Origin: Chryseobacterium gleum
GTDB lineage: Bacteria; Bacteroidota; Bacteroidia; Flavobacteriales_D; Crocinitomicaceae
DNA length: 64,000 bases
Reading direction: 5' to 3'
Assembly (NCBI GenBank): GCA_945897755.1
Contig: CAMDGH010000002.1
Location: 1,767-65,766, forward strand
Below, in pieces: positions 37,595 through 47,900 of the stretch (its first letter is position 1; each line of letters begins with the position of its first letter). The notes beneath the pieces were generated by a model that saw only the letters and a list, made by a program, of their open reading frames with translations, was not told the DNA's origin and did no database searches. The position numbers and the translations under genes are program-made.

Positions 37595-40483
37595 TTAGTC
37601 CATAAAAATATCTTTTTGTTTTAACTCAATCACTTGACCATATTCAGCCAATTTCTTCATGTTTAATTGTTTTAAATCTCCATAAATCGTTATTACACGA
37701 GGCTGTCCTTGAATATTTTGTTTGTAAAAATCAATAATATCATTAAAGCTTAATGTTTTATAGAGATTAAACTCTTCTAATTGATTCGCTGTAGATTTAC
37801 CATCCAGTATTTTAGATTCAATCGTTGAAGAAAGAGCTCGAAAAAAAGGATAATTAGAAGAAAAGGAATTAATCAGACCTGACTTAATAAGTTGAATGCG
37901 TTCTGGTTTAACTGGCATGTTTTTCAATAAAGTGTCTAACACAGCAACAGCGTCATTTGATTTATCACCTTGACAACCAACATATGCATAAAAATAACCG
38001 GGATTATTTTTTTCAATTGGAGCTATAAACGAGCCCCCAGTCCCATAAGCAAGAGAACGATATTCTCGTATTTCTTGCATTAATAATCCTGAAAAACCAT
38101 CACTCATATATTGGTTAAACGCTTCAGCATGAACTAACTCTTTTGTTGATTTAGAAAAGGGAGGTGTACGTTGTAGGAAGAAAACTTGACTTTGAATTGA
38201 ATTTTTATTGTGGACTACATAAATAATATCCTTGTGAATTTCATTTGTATTCTTGTCTTTTCGTGGAATCGTCTTTTCAAATGACTTTATAGGAAAGTGA
38301 GTTAACACAATCGATTTTACAAATTGATTAGTATGGTTTCCTACATAATGAAAAACAACCCCATAATCACTGATTTGTTGATATGCTTTAAGAATTGGTT
38401 CGACTTTCATCTTTTTAGCATCTTTTCGAGAAGGTTGTTTAAGGTATTCTGATTGAGAACCAAAAATAGCGTAATCTAATAAGACCCTTCCCATAACAGC
38501 GGGATCTTTAGTTGTCATTTTTCTTTCTGAAATAAGTTGCTCAATTACCGTGTTTAAATCTGCTTGATTGATTAATGGTTCTTTCACTAATTTCGAGATG
38601 ATAGGCATTGCTTTGGATAAATTAGACTCAGGACCAGTGAAAATAAATTCAAATCGGTTGTCTGTTGCCAAACCGTTGTAGGTATATCCTAAAAGAGCAA
38701 AAGCTTTTTTGATACTGTCACGAGACATCTCTTTTAAATAGAAATAAGGTACTAAGGAACCAGCAAATTTTAAAAGAGGAATACTATCATAACCAACCTG
38801 ATACGATATTGTAAAACTAACGACGTCATTTATTGGATTTTTAGTAACATACAAACGTGACTCCTTAGAAAGTTCAATCGTTTCAACATCCTTTTCAAAA
38901 TCTAATAATTTTGGGGTTGATGACTCTTTAATATCCGTTAAAAATTGCTTCGCATATTCAGATTCAACAACTTGTGTTGAAACTAGGGGTTTAAAACCTG
39001 GCTTGGTAATCACTTCTTTTTTTGGAAAACCCATAGAGGATTCCATTAGGTAATGGTTATCATTAAAATACAATGATGAAACACGCATAATATCTTCTTT
39101 CGAAATTTGAGAAATCAGATCTAATTCCTTTTTATATTCATCCCATGAAGACCCAATACTTTCTAATTGAACAAGTAACAAGGTTCGGTCATGAATATCT
39201 TCCAAATCGACTTTGTTTTGCCTGTCTTTCTCTAGTTTGATTATAGCTAGACTTTCATCAGAAAAAGAACCTTTTTTTAATGTTTCAAATCCAGCATAAA
39301 TTAACTTTTCTGCTTCTTCAAAAGATTGACCTACAATTTTAGGTGCAAAAAAACAACCTGAAATTCCATCATCATTCAAATTTAAATTCATCGCTTCCGA
39401 AAAAAGAAGCTTTCCATCCAACTGAAGCTTATTAAATATTCCCGTCTCGGATTGATTTGTCAACAAATTAATCGCCAATTCTAAGATCGGTAAATCTTTA
39501 TGTCCTAAGGGAACCGTTTTATATGCCACTATTCCTATTTTAATCGGCGTGAATTTTACTTGTTGAACTTCTTTTTTATCAAATTTACTTGCTACATAAT
39601 CAGGGAACTTTGGTACTGGTGCTGATTTAAGCATAGAAAAATTTGACTTTATGGCAGGAATAGCAATGTCTGGATTAAAATTACCCGAAAGAACAAGTAC
39701 CATATTATTCGCAACATAATAACTATTAAAAAAGGCATACATCTTAGTCAAAGAAGGATTTTTTAAATGCGCTACTGTACCAATAGTACTTTGATTTCCA
39801 TATGGATGTGTTTTAAAAACATGCGACATCATTTCTTCAGAAAGCCTATTGAATGGACTATCCATTCCCTTATTCTTTTCTTCATAAACAACTTCTAATT
39901 CTGATTGAAACGAACGAAATACAGGGTGAATCAATCGATGTGCGTATAATTCTATCCATTTTTCAATTTGAATACCAGGAAATGTATTGTGATAAACAGT
40001 CATGTCGTTTTGAGTAAAAGCGTTTAAACCTGTACCTCCAATACTTTTTATCAATTTGTCAAATTCCGTTGGATTAGCATATGCTGCTGCCTGTACACTT
40101 TGATTATTTATTAATAATTGTAATTTATTACGTTCATTATCATTCGTTGTTTTACCTAAGAGATCATAGTAAAACACGATTGAATCTAAGTGTTTTTTTT
40201 CAGCATTATAATTGACAGTACCCAATTTATCGGTACCTTTAAATAATAAATGTTCTAAATAATGAGCCATGCCAGTGGCATCTGATGGATCGTTTTTACT
40301 GCCCGCTTTGACAAGAATTGCACCGTAGGTTTCTTTCGCGAATGGGTCGGGGTTAAGGATCACTTTGAACCCATTATCTAAAGTAAACGTATTAATTATT
40401 AAATCATTTTTTTGCGCAAAACACAATCGATTATTGTTGCTAAAAAATAAGAAGGTCAGAATGAGTATACAATGTTTTAACAT
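37595..40483 (-). CDS. secreted two-module M16 (pitrilysin/insulinase) family zinc peptidase
   Basis: 962 aa. Signal peptide, inverted zinc motif HYLEHLLFKGT (HxxEH) in the N-terminal module, and a second M16-like half without that motif. Confidence 0.85.
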   Translation of the reverse strand: MLKHCILILTFLFFSNNNRLCFAQKNDLIINTFTLDNGFKVILNPDPFAKETYGAILVKAGSKNDPSDATGMAHYLEHLLFKGTDKLGTVNYNAEKKHLDSIVFYYDLLGKTTNDNERNKLQLLINNQSVQAAAYANPTEFDKLIKSIGGTGLNAFTQNDMTVYHNTFPGIQIEKWIELYAHRLIHPVFRSFQSELEVVYEEKNKGMDSPFNRLSEEMMSHVFKTHPYGNQSTIGTVAHLKNPSLTKMYAFFNSYYVANNMVLVLSGNFNPDIAIPAIKSNFSMLKSAPVPKFPDYVASKFDKKEVQQVKFTPIKIGIVAYKTVPLGHKDLPILELAINLLTNQSETGIFNKLQLDGKLLFSEAMNLNLNDDGISGCFFAPKIVGQSFEEAEKLIYAGFETLKKGSFSDESLAIIKLEKDRQNKVDLEDIHDRTLLLVQLESIGSSWDEYKKELDLISQISKEDIMRVSSLYFNDNHYLMESSMGFPKKEVITKPGFKPLVSTQVVESEYAKQFLTDIKESSTPKLLDFEKDVETIELSKESRLYVTKNPINDVVSFTISYQVGYDSIPLLKFAGSLVPYFYLKEMSRDSIKKAFALLGYTYNGLATDNRFEFIFTGPESNLSKAMPIISKLVKEPLINQADLNTVIEQLISERKMTTKDPAVMGRVLLDYAIFGSQSEYLKQPSRKDAKKMKVEPILKAYQQISDYGVVFHYVGNHTNQFVKSIVLTHFPIKSFEKTIPRKDKNTNEIHKDIIYVVHNKNSIQSQVFFLQRTPPFSKSTKELVHAEAFNQYMSDGFSGLLMQEIREYRSLAYGTGGSFIAPIEKNNPGYFYAYVGCQGDKSNDAVAVLDTLLKNMPVKPERIQLIKSGLINSFSSNYPFFRALSSTIESKILDGKSTANQLEEFNLYKTLSFNDIIDFYKQNIQGQPRVITIYGDLKQLNMKKLAEYGQVIELKQKDIFMD

Positions 40484-40694
40484 AACTTTAAGGATAAAAA
40501 ATAATAATTGTTAAAAACAATAGTAACCAAAAAAAACAAAAATCAGGATAAAAAAATTTAGAAAATAATAATCTATAATGAAATAGGACGATAGAAAGCA
40601 TCTTTTTAGCTTAAATTTTCAAAAAAAATGCCGATTTATTTAAAAGCATAATCTTTAATGGTCATTTTAGTTAAAAAAGTTTCGTCTAAAATTT

Positions 40695-40702
40695 TAACTT
40701 TG
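40695..40702 (+). promoter_or_regulatory. candidate -7 promoter box (TAnnTTTG) for hpt
   Basis: TAACTTTG overlaps the track's GTG start (40702), which favours the in-frame GTG at 40720. Confidence 0.35.
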
Positions 40703-40719
40703 TGTTTTTTAAAAAAAGA

Positions 40720-41274
40720 GTGATAGAAATATTAAATAAATCTTTCCTAAAATTAATATCGCAAGAAGAAATTCAAGCGAAAATAAAATCATTGGCAACA
40801 CAAATAAATAAGGAATACGAAGGTAGGGAGCTTTTATTTATTGGTGTTTTAGATGGTTCGTTTATGTTTTTAAGTGACTTACTAAAACACATTACACTTT
40901 CATGCAAAATCACTTTTGTAAAATTGAAGTCATATGAAGGAATGGAATCTAATGGACTAGTACGCGAATTAGTAGGGCTTGATTATCCGATTGATAACAA
41001 AAATATTCTAATTTTAGAAGATATAATAGATACGGGTAAAACAATGGATTATTTAATTCATGTTATAAATAAAAACAAACCCTTATCCATAGCTATTGCA
41101 ACACTTTTTTTTAAACCAACTAAATTTTTGGGTAATTTCCCCCCCACATACACCTGTTTTTCGATAAGTGATTCATTTATCGTAGGCTATGGTCTAGACT
41201 ATGAAGGCTACGGCCGAAATTTAACCTCAATTTATCAACACAAAGGCAACACCCAAACATTACCGCTATGTTAA
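40720..41274 (+). CDS. hpt: hypoxanthine phosphoribosyltransferase
   Basis: PRPP-binding motif ILILEDIIDTGKT and IVGYGLDY motif. Start is ambiguous: GTG 40702 in the track, or GTG 40720 preferred because of the promoter box. Confidence 0.88.
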   Translation: MIEILNKSFLKLISQEEIQAKIKSLATQINKEYEGRELLFIGVLDGSFMFLSDLLKHITLSCKITFVKLKSYEGMESNGLVRELVGLDYPIDNKNILILEDIIDTGKTMDYLIHVINKNKPLSIAIATLFFKPTKFLGNFPPTYTCFSISDSFIVGYGLDYEGYGRNLTSIYQHKGNTQTLPLC

Positions 41275-41846
41275 ACATTATTTTATTTGGCCCTCCGGGA
41301 GCAGGAAAAGGTACACAATCAGAGCGTTTGATCCAAAAATATGGATTAGTGCATTTATCAACGGGTGATATTTTTAGAGCAAATATCAAAGATGAAACAG
41401 AACTTGGCAAATTAGCTAAAAGTTATATGAACAAAGGAGAATTAGTTCCCGACGCTGTAACGATAGATTTGTTACGTTCAGAAGTTTTGAAAAATCCAAA
41501 TTCAAAAGGATTTATTTTTGATGGATTTCCTCGCACTTCAGCACAAGCAATATCATTAGATAAATTCTTGTCTGAGCAAAATACTGAAATAACAGTCATG
41601 TTAGCTTTGGAAGCTGAGGAAGCTGAGTTAAAAATCCGCCTACTAAAACGTGCTGAGGTTAGTGGTAGGTCAGACGACGCTGATCCTGAAGTAATTCAAA
41701 ATCGCATTAACGTTTATAATAATGAAACACGACCTGTAAAACATTTTTACATGGCACAATCTAAATTTGTATCAATAAATGGTATAGGAGAAATTGATTC
41801 TATTTCTGAACGATTATACCAAGCAATTGATCTATTAAAAAAATAA
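41268..41846 (+). CDS. adk: adenylate kinase
   Basis: 192 aa with P-loop [10 protein letters not shown] and FIFDGFPRT. Short lid form. 7-nt overlap with hpt. Confidence 0.95.
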   Translation: MLNIILFGPPGAGKGTQSERLIQKYGLVHLSTGDIFRANIKDETELGKLAKSYMNKGELVPDAVTIDLLRSEVLKNPNSKGFIFDGFPRTSAQAISLDKFLSEQNTEITVMLALEAEEAELKIRLLKRAEVSGRSDDADPEVIQNRINVYNNETRPVKHFYMAQSKFVSINGIGEIDSISERLYQAIDLLKK

Positions 41847-41847
41847 A

Positions 41848-42843
41848 ATGGCTTCTGATAATTTTGTAGATTACGTAAAAATACACTGTACCTCTGGAAA
41901 TGGAGGAGGAGGATCTACGCATTATCGTAGGGAAAAATACATACCCCTTGGAGGGCCTGATGGTGGAGATGGTGGTAGAGGAGGGCATATTGTATTGAGA
42001 GGAAATTCTCAACTATGGACACTTCTTCATTTAAAATACAAAAAGCACATGAAAGCTGGTCACGGCAAGCATGGGACGGGTCAGTTAAAGACGGGTGCAC
42101 AAGGTAATGATGTATATATTGAAGTACCAATAGGTACGATTGCTAGAGACTCTGAAACAGGCGATTTTTTATTTGAAATTAGCGAGAATAATGAGGAGAA
42201 AATTTTAATCTCTGGCGGAAAAGGAGGGTTTGGAAATAGTCATTTTAAATCAAGTACAAACCGAGCACCTCAGTTTGCGCAACCTGGTGAAGTAGGACAA
42301 GAATCATGGATGGTGCTTGAACTTAAAGTAATGGCAGATGTAGGATTGGTAGGGTTTCCTAATGCGGGTAAAAGCACCCTATTGTCTGTAATATCAGCTG
42401 CAAAACCAGAAATTGGAAATTATCCATTTACAACCTTACGTCCGAACCTTGGAATTGTATCATATCGCACTCACCATTCATTTGTAATGGCAGATATCCC
42501 AGGGATAATTGAAGGAGCTCACGAGGGTAAAGGTTTGGGTTTACGTTTTTTAAGACACATTGAGCGAAACTCAATTTTATTATTTTTAGTACCTGCCGAT
42601 ACGGATTCAATCAAAAAAGAATATCATATTTTATTAAATGAATTAGAACAATACAATCCTGAATTACTCTATAAACAACGCATATTAGCAATAACTAAAT
42701 CCGACATGATTGATCAAGAAATGAAAGATCAAATGAAAGAAGACTTGCCTGTTGACTTACCCTGTTTATTTATATCTTCAATCGCACAACAAGGTTTAAG
42801 CGAATTAAAAGACCTTATTTGGACGAATATCAATAATGATTGA
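41848..42843 (+). CDS. obg: GTPase Obg/CgtA
   Basis: 331 aa with a glycine-rich Obg fold ([10 protein letters not shown]) and GTPase motifs [18 protein letters not shown] and TKSD. Confidence 0.95.
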   Translation: MASDNFVDYVKIHCTSGNGGGGSTHYRREKYIPLGGPDGGDGGRGGHIVLRGNSQLWTLLHLKYKKHMKAGHGKHGTGQLKTGAQGNDVYIEVPIGTIARDSETGDFLFEISENNEEKILISGGKGGFGNSHFKSSTNRAPQFAQPGEVGQESWMVLELKVMADVGLVGFPNAGKSTLLSVISAAKPEIGNYPFTTLRPNLGIVSYRTHHSFVMADIPGIIEGAHEGKGLGLRFLRHIERNSILLFLVPADTDSIKKEYHILLNELEQYNPELLYKQRILAITKSDMIDQEMKDQMKEDLPVDLPCLFISSIAQQGLSELKDLIWTNINND

Positions 42844-43432
42844 ATGGTTAGAGCATATTGATCAACAACTAGTCTTGCTAATTAACGGACTACACCGAAA
42901 TTGGTTAGACGAACTAATGTGGTTGGTATCTGGAAAGTTAACCTGGATTCCCTTGTACATGTTAATTTTAGTATTAGTCTACGTACAATTTGGGTTAAAA
43001 AAATCACTCCTTTTTTTAGTGCTTATTTTAATAGCTGTTGCGATGTCCGATTTTATTTCTAGTGGTATTATAAAGCCAATCGTTAGCCGTTATAGGCCTT
43101 CACACAACCTATTGCTTTCTCCGAAGCTTCATTTTTACATCGAAAATTCAGGAAATATTTATAAAGGAGGCACCTATGGATTTGTGTCTTCTCATGCAGC
43201 TAATTTCGCAGCAATTTCATTATTTACAGGTTTAATTTTCTACCCATCAAAAAGATGGGTACTTTACATCCTTCTCTTTTTAACATTTCTTGTTTCATGC
43301 TCCAGAGTATACCTTGGAGTTCACTATGTTTCCGATGTGATTTGTGGTGCACTAATAGGGTCTTTGGTCTCATTCACATTTTGGTATTATGCATGGAATA
43401 AACGAAAAAAACCAATGAGTTTTGATAATTAA
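42836..43432 (+). CDS. PAP2-family phosphatase (undecaprenyl-diphosphatase-like) membrane protein
   Basis: 198 aa with [13 protein letters not shown] and [12 protein letters not shown] acid-phosphatase motifs. 8-nt overlap with obg. Confidence 0.85.
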   Translation: MIEWLEHIDQQLVLLINGLHRNWLDELMWLVSGKLTWIPLYMLILVLVYVQFGLKKSLLFLVLILIAVAMSDFISSGIIKPIVSRYRPSHNLLLSPKLHFYIENSGNIYKGGTYGFVSSHAANFAAISLFTGLIFYPSKRWVLYILLFLTFLVSCSRVYLGVHYVSDVICGALIGSLVSFTFWYYAWNKRKKPMSFDN

Positions 43433-43489
43433 TGCATATTACCTTAGTTCTATTCATCGAAATGAGGTAATAAACAAAGTGGTATCTCT

Positions 43490-44071
43490 TTAAAAATAAA
43501 GACTGTCTGTTGTAAAAAACTTAGTTCTGTTTTTTCTTAATTTTTGAATAATTCGATTACACATTACTTTAGCGGAATTTTCAGTGATTCCTAAGTTTCC
43601 CCCTATTTCTTTAAATGACAACTTATTAAAATACCGCAATCTAATTATTTCGTGGTGTAAATCAGGTAACTGATTTAAACAACATGAAAGCTCATTGTAT
43701 CGTTGCTCATTAAATTCAAGACCTGTCTCTTGATCAACAAACTGATAATCAAATTCAATTGGACAATTAACGGTTTTAGATTGAATTCGTTTATATTGAA
43801 TAAATTCGTTATGAGCAATCTTATATAGCCAAGACCGAATAGAAATCCCTCTATTTTCAAAAAAAACAATCTTACGATAGGCTTTATAAAACACAACAGA
43901 GGCAATATCTTCCGAAATATAAACACAATTCGTTTTATGTAAAACATAATTGAGAATTTCTGTATAATAACGCTTATAAAAATACTGAAAAGTGGTAGGA
44001 TCATCTTTGCATTTTTGTATGAGGGAAAGCTCATCATGAAGGGACTTATTTGGTTGCAACAAGGAACGCAT
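43490..44071 (-). CDS. ECF-type RNA polymerase sigma-70 family factor
   Basis: 193 aa. Region 2 (SWLYKIAHNEFIQYKR) and region 4 HTH (LSFKEIGGNLGITENSAKVMCNRIIQKLR). Confidence 0.8.
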   Translation of the reverse strand: MRSLLQPNKSLHDELSLIQKCKDDPTTFQYFYKRYYTEILNYVLHKTNCVYISEDIASVVFYKAYRKIVFFENRGISIRSWLYKIAHNEFIQYKRIQSKTVNCPIEFDYQFVDQETGLEFNEQRYNELSCCLNQLPDLHHEIIRLRYFNKLSFKEIGGNLGITENSAKVMCNRIIQKLRKNRTKFFTTDSLYF

Positions 44072-44135
44072 ACTTAATTAGGAGTTTAGAGATAACTTCT
44101 TAACGCGTAAAAAAAGTGATTCGCATATTTTTAGC

Positions 44136-44166
44136 AAAAAAAAATCCCCTACCTTTGGTAGGGGAT
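44136..44166 (-). terminator. rho-independent terminator after icd
   Basis: On the minus strand, ATCCCCTAC-CAAAG-GTAGGGGAT is followed by T9. It lies 20 nt past the icd stop. Confidence 0.8.
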
Positions 44167-44185
44167 CACAATAAACTAAATGGTA

Positions 44186-45415
44186 TTAATTCATTTTAGC
44201 TTTTAAACCTTCATTTAAAGCATCTAAAAATTCATCTGTATACACATAATGGTCTCCATGAGAAACCTTATTTCCGTGGATACAAACAGCCAAATCTTTT
44301 GTCATAATTCCTTTTTCAACTGTTTCAATACACACTTCTTCCACTTTTAAACAAAAATCAATAAGTGCTTGGTTATCGTCTAATTTACCTCTAAAAGCAA
44401 GGCCTCTTGTCCATGCAAAAATTGAAGCAATCGGATTGGTTGATGTTTGTTTTCCTGCTTGATGATCTCTAAAATGACGTGTAACTGTTCCATGTGCAGC
44501 TTCCGCTTCCATAATTTCACCATCAGGAGTTATTAAAACCGAGGTCATAAGTCCTAAGGAACCAAAACCTTGAGCAACAGTATCCGATTGAACATCGCCA
44601 TCATAATTCTTACATGCCCATACAAAATTACCATTCCATTTTAATGCAGAAGCAACCATATCATCGATCAAACGATGTTCATAGGTAATGCCAACAGCAT
44701 CATATTGCTCCTTAAATTCAGTTTGGAAAATCCCTTCAAAAATATCTTTAAAACGACCATCGTATTTTTTTAAGATGGTGTTTTTTGTGGACAAATATAA
44801 AGGCCATTTTTTTGTTAAGGCCATATTAAAACAGCTACGAGCAAAACCTTCAATAGATTCATCCGTATTATACATAGCCATACCAACACCATCACCCTTA
44901 AAATTGAAAACGTCAAATGTTTGCACTTCACCGCCATTTTCAGGAGTAAAAGTCATTGTTAACTTTCCTTTCCCTTTAAAAACAGCATCTGTAGCTCGGT
45001 ATTGATCACCAAAAGCATGACGACCAACAATAATAGGTGCGGTCCAATTCGTTACCAAACGAGGTACATTTTTGATTACAATTGGCTCTCTAAATACAGT
45101 GCCATCTAATATGTTACGAATGGTTCCATTTGGAGATTTCCACATTGACTTCAAGTTAAATTCAGTCACACGTTGCTCGTCAGGAGTAATCGTAGCACAT
45201 TTTATTCCAACTTGGTACTTTTTTATTGCTTCGGCAGCATCAATTGTAATCTGATCATTCGTTTCGTCACGCTTTTCTATCCCTAAGTCGTAATATTTTA
45301 TGTCAATATCTAAATAAGGAAGAATTAATTTGTCTTTGATGTATTTCCAAATGATTCGTGTCATTTCATCACCATCAAGCTCTACTACGGGATTAGCAAC
45401 TTTTATTTTACTCAT
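44186..45415 (-). CDS. icd: NADP-dependent isocitrate dehydrogenase (eukaryote-like type, about 410 aa)
   Basis: 409 aa with [31 protein letters not shown] and NYDGDVQSD motifs. Confidence 0.96.
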   Translation of the reverse strand: MSKIKVANPVVELDGDEMTRIIWKYIKDKLILPYLDIDIKYYDLGIEKRDETNDQITIDAAEAIKKYQVGIKCATITPDEQRVTEFNLKSMWKSPNGTIRNILDGTVFREPIVIKNVPRLVTNWTAPIIVGRHAFGDQYRATDAVFKGKGKLTMTFTPENGGEVQTFDVFNFKGDGVGMAMYNTDESIEGFARSCFNMALTKKWPLYLSTKNTILKKYDGRFKDIFEGIFQTEFKEQYDAVGITYEHRLIDDMVASALKWNGNFVWACKNYDGDVQSDTVAQGFGSLGLMTSVLITPDGEIMEAEAAHGTVTRHFRDHQAGKQTSTNPIASIFAWTRGLAFRGKLDDNQALIDFCLKVEEVCIETVEKGIMTKDLAVCIHGNKVSHGDHYVYTDEFLDALNEGLKAKMN

Positions 45416-45537
45416 AAATTTCTTTTTTTCACATTAATGAATACAAAAATAATCGTTCCAATGAAATGATGAATAAATAGTAATAGAAAGTTTTACACTT
45501 ATTACCTATATACTTTCGTGCAATTCATTATTTGTTA

Positions 45538-45729
45538 CTACTGAATTCTAAATTTATCAATTAATTCAATCGATGTGAAAACATCTTTTTTAATTGTGGT
45601 CTCAATTACTGAGTGTAGTAGAGCAAAGATAACAGCACCTTCAATAGTTCTAAAACATCCAGGTATTTTATTTTTTACTTTTACATTTCGAATTGCTCGT
45701 TATGAACTATTATTGTCAAATGGTACAAA
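45538..45729 (-). pseudogene. IS66-family transposase C-terminal remnant
   Basis: Own minus-strand translation: FVPFDNNSS*RAIRNVKVKNKIPGCFRTIEGAVIFALLHSVIETTIKKDVFTSIELIDKFRIQ*. This matches the conserved DNN.AER.IR..KVK.K.SG.FRS..GA..FA...S.I.T..K C-terminal block of IS66-type transposases. In-frame stop at 45700-45702. Upstream sequence is degenerate with further stops. Confidence 0.6.
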
Positions 45730-46158
45730 TTAATACCATGCAAATGAAAACGAAGCAATTACGAGCCTATCGAATATGTTTTTGCCAAAAAACTTCTATT
45801 TTAATTGAATCAAAACTCATTCAGAATTCGAGTATTTATTGAAAAATGCTACAAACTTCATGTCGTTAAACTTGAACAAAGTTAGTAGTAGTAGTAGAAC
45901 TTAGGGTTTTTAGGTTCTACGGGTAAAGTCTAAGACAAGCTAAATCTTATTTTTCAACTAATAAAGTAACTACAAAGATCAGATTTACTATCGTCAACAC
46001 TTTCAATAGTAAATGATTCTAAAATATTAGCCCGGATGGATTTGCTGAATAAGGAAGGTTATTTGTGGTTCTATAAATTCAAAGCGAAGAATTATATCCC
46101 CAGCACATCAAATAAATATTTGCCCCAATTTAGATGATATTTCATTATCTTCGCACTT

Positions 46159-47118
46159 ATGTTACGTTTGTTTTTAGGGAATCAATTTATTGCAAATCTA
46201 TTACTGCCATTATTTGTTGTTTTCTATGTTTTACTAAATTTCGGAACAAATCACTTAGAAATTCCTGCTTTAATTGATTTTGGATTTTGGGGTAAATTTC
46301 ATCCTATTGAACCTTATTTGTCATCCATACTTTCAGGATCTTTGATTTTAATAAATGCGTTTACATTAAACCACCTCTTTAATTCGAATGAATTTCACGA
46401 CAAAAATAATTTCTCGATTGCATTGTTTTACGTTGTATTTATGAGCTTTTTCCACTCTTTTTATCAGCTTGATGGAATATTAGTTTCTCATACTTTTTTA
46501 ATCCTTGGTATGTTTCATTTTCTTAAAATCGAAAGCAATAAAGATGCAAGAAGAAATGCATTTAATGGAAGTCTGTGCATTGGATTTAGCGCTACTTTTC
46601 ATCCTCCCTTATTGATATTTTGGTTTATTAATTGGCTTTTAATCACTCGTATCAGGCCATTTATTTGGAGAGAAATAAGCTTGTCAATGGCAGGGTTTTT
46701 ATTGCCGATTTTATATTCGCTTGTCTTTTTACAATTTACAAATCAACTATATACATGGAAAATAAATCAGGCTTATACTGTTTATAGTCAATCAAGGATA
46801 GTCAATCAAATTGCATTAATTTTGCTATCAATGGTGGCTTTATTAAGTTTGATGATTTTAACGTCAAAAACGTTAAAAAGCGCTTTAAAGTTTAAAAAGA
46901 TGACCGCTATTTTGAAAATCATACTCGTGTTATCTACATTAATAGGAATTTATTTGTTTACAGTAGCCAATACCATTGAAGGGTTTAGCACTTCTGTTTT
47001 AATTTTATCATTTTTTTTTCCTTTTGTTTTTTTTAATAAGTCTTCATTTCTTGTCGGAAATATTCTGTTCTATTCGATTTTTGTTTTTTCAATTGTGAAA
47101 TTTTTCATTAATTCATAA
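46159..47118 (+). CDS. hypothetical polytopic membrane protein
   Basis: 319 aa with about 9 hydrophobic helices. No motif recognised. Confidence 0.55.
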   Translation: MLRLFLGNQFIANLLLPLFVVFYVLLNFGTNHLEIPALIDFGFWGKFHPIEPYLSSILSGSLILINAFTLNHLFNSNEFHDKNNFSIALFYVVFMSFFHSFYQLDGILVSHTFLILGMFHFLKIESNKDARRNAFNGSLCIGFSATFHPPLLIFWFINWLLITRIRPFIWREISLSMAGFLLPILYSLVFLQFTNQLYTWKINQAYTVYSQSRIVNQIALILLSMVALLSLMILTSKTLKSALKFKKMTAILKIILVLSTLIGIYLFTVANTIEGFSTSVLILSFFFPFVFFNKSSFLVGNILFYSIFVFSIVKFFINS

Positions 47119-47196
47119 TTTGTGGGATCTAATTCACTACTTTTACAAACTTGAATTGCGAGTAAAAAAGAATATATATTAAATAGTTTGAGTGAG

Positions 47197-47886
47197 ATGA
47201 AATTTGGTGTTGTTACTTTCCCGGGGTCAAATTGTGATGAGGACATGGTTTATGTTTTAGAATCGATGTTAAATCAAAAGGTAGAACGCCTATGGCATAA
47301 AGATTCTGACTTAAAAGGTTCAGATTTTATTGTCTTGCCAGGAGGCTTTTCTTACGGAGATTATCTTCGTTCAGGTGCAATTGCTAAATTATCCCCAATT
47401 ATGGGAGAGGTTATTAAACATGCGAATAAAGGAGGATATGTTCTTGGAGTATGTAATGGCTTTCAAATTTTAACAGAATCAGGTTTGTTAGACGGAGCAT
47501 TACTTCACAATAACACCCAAAAGTTTATTTGTAAAAATGTTTTTTTGAAACCTACTTCTAATGTTAGTCCGATTACCAAGGAATTATCTTTAGATCGATC
47601 ATACCAAGTTCCAATAGCACATGGAGAAGGTCGTTTTTATGCATCAGATGATACCATAAAAAAAATATACGACAAAGATCAGATACTATTTAAGTATTCA
47701 TCTGCTGATGGGGATATAACAGAAGCATTTAATCCAAATGGATCCATTGATAATATTGCTGGTATTTGCAACGAAAAAAGAAATGTTTTTGGAATGATGC
47801 CACATCCAGAACGAGCAGCAGATCCGGTATTAAATAACTTGGATGGAAGATTGATTTTTGAGTCATTACTAACACATTGTAATTAA
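47197..47886 (+). CDS. purQ: phosphoribosylformylglycinamidine synthase subunit PurQ
   Basis: Start moved to ATG 47197 (MKFGVVTFPGSNCD). Glutamine amidotransferase triad motifs GVCNGFQ and MMPHPER. Confidence 0.93.
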   Translation: MKFGVVTFPGSNCDEDMVYVLESMLNQKVERLWHKDSDLKGSDFIVLPGGFSYGDYLRSGAIAKLSPIMGEVIKHANKGGYVLGVCNGFQILTESGLLDGALLHNNTQKFICKNVFLKPTSNVSPITKELSLDRSYQVPIAHGEGRFYASDDTIKKIYDKDQILFKYSSADGDITEAFNPNGSIDNIAGICNEKRNVFGMMPHPERAADPVLNNLDGRLIFESLLTHCN

Positions 47887-47900
47887 ATAGAAAGAAATTC

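Noticed and set aside
40507-40521. Palindrome ATTGTTAAAAACAAT in the M16/hpt divergent intergenic region
   Set aside because: It has a 6-bp stem in very AT-rich DNA with no repetition elsewhere, so it is insufficient to call an operator or terminator.
43675-44037. 120-aa alternative-frame ORF inside the sigma factor gene, plus similar embedded or antisense ORFs (for example 2502-2708, 5060-5302, 7112-7318, 8907-9236, 11249-11497, 14083-14271, 44688-45005, 51451-51813, 62871-63101)
   Set aside because: All lie within strongly supported genes, have low-complexity or biased composition typical of off-frame translation of AT-rich DNA, and lack motifs.
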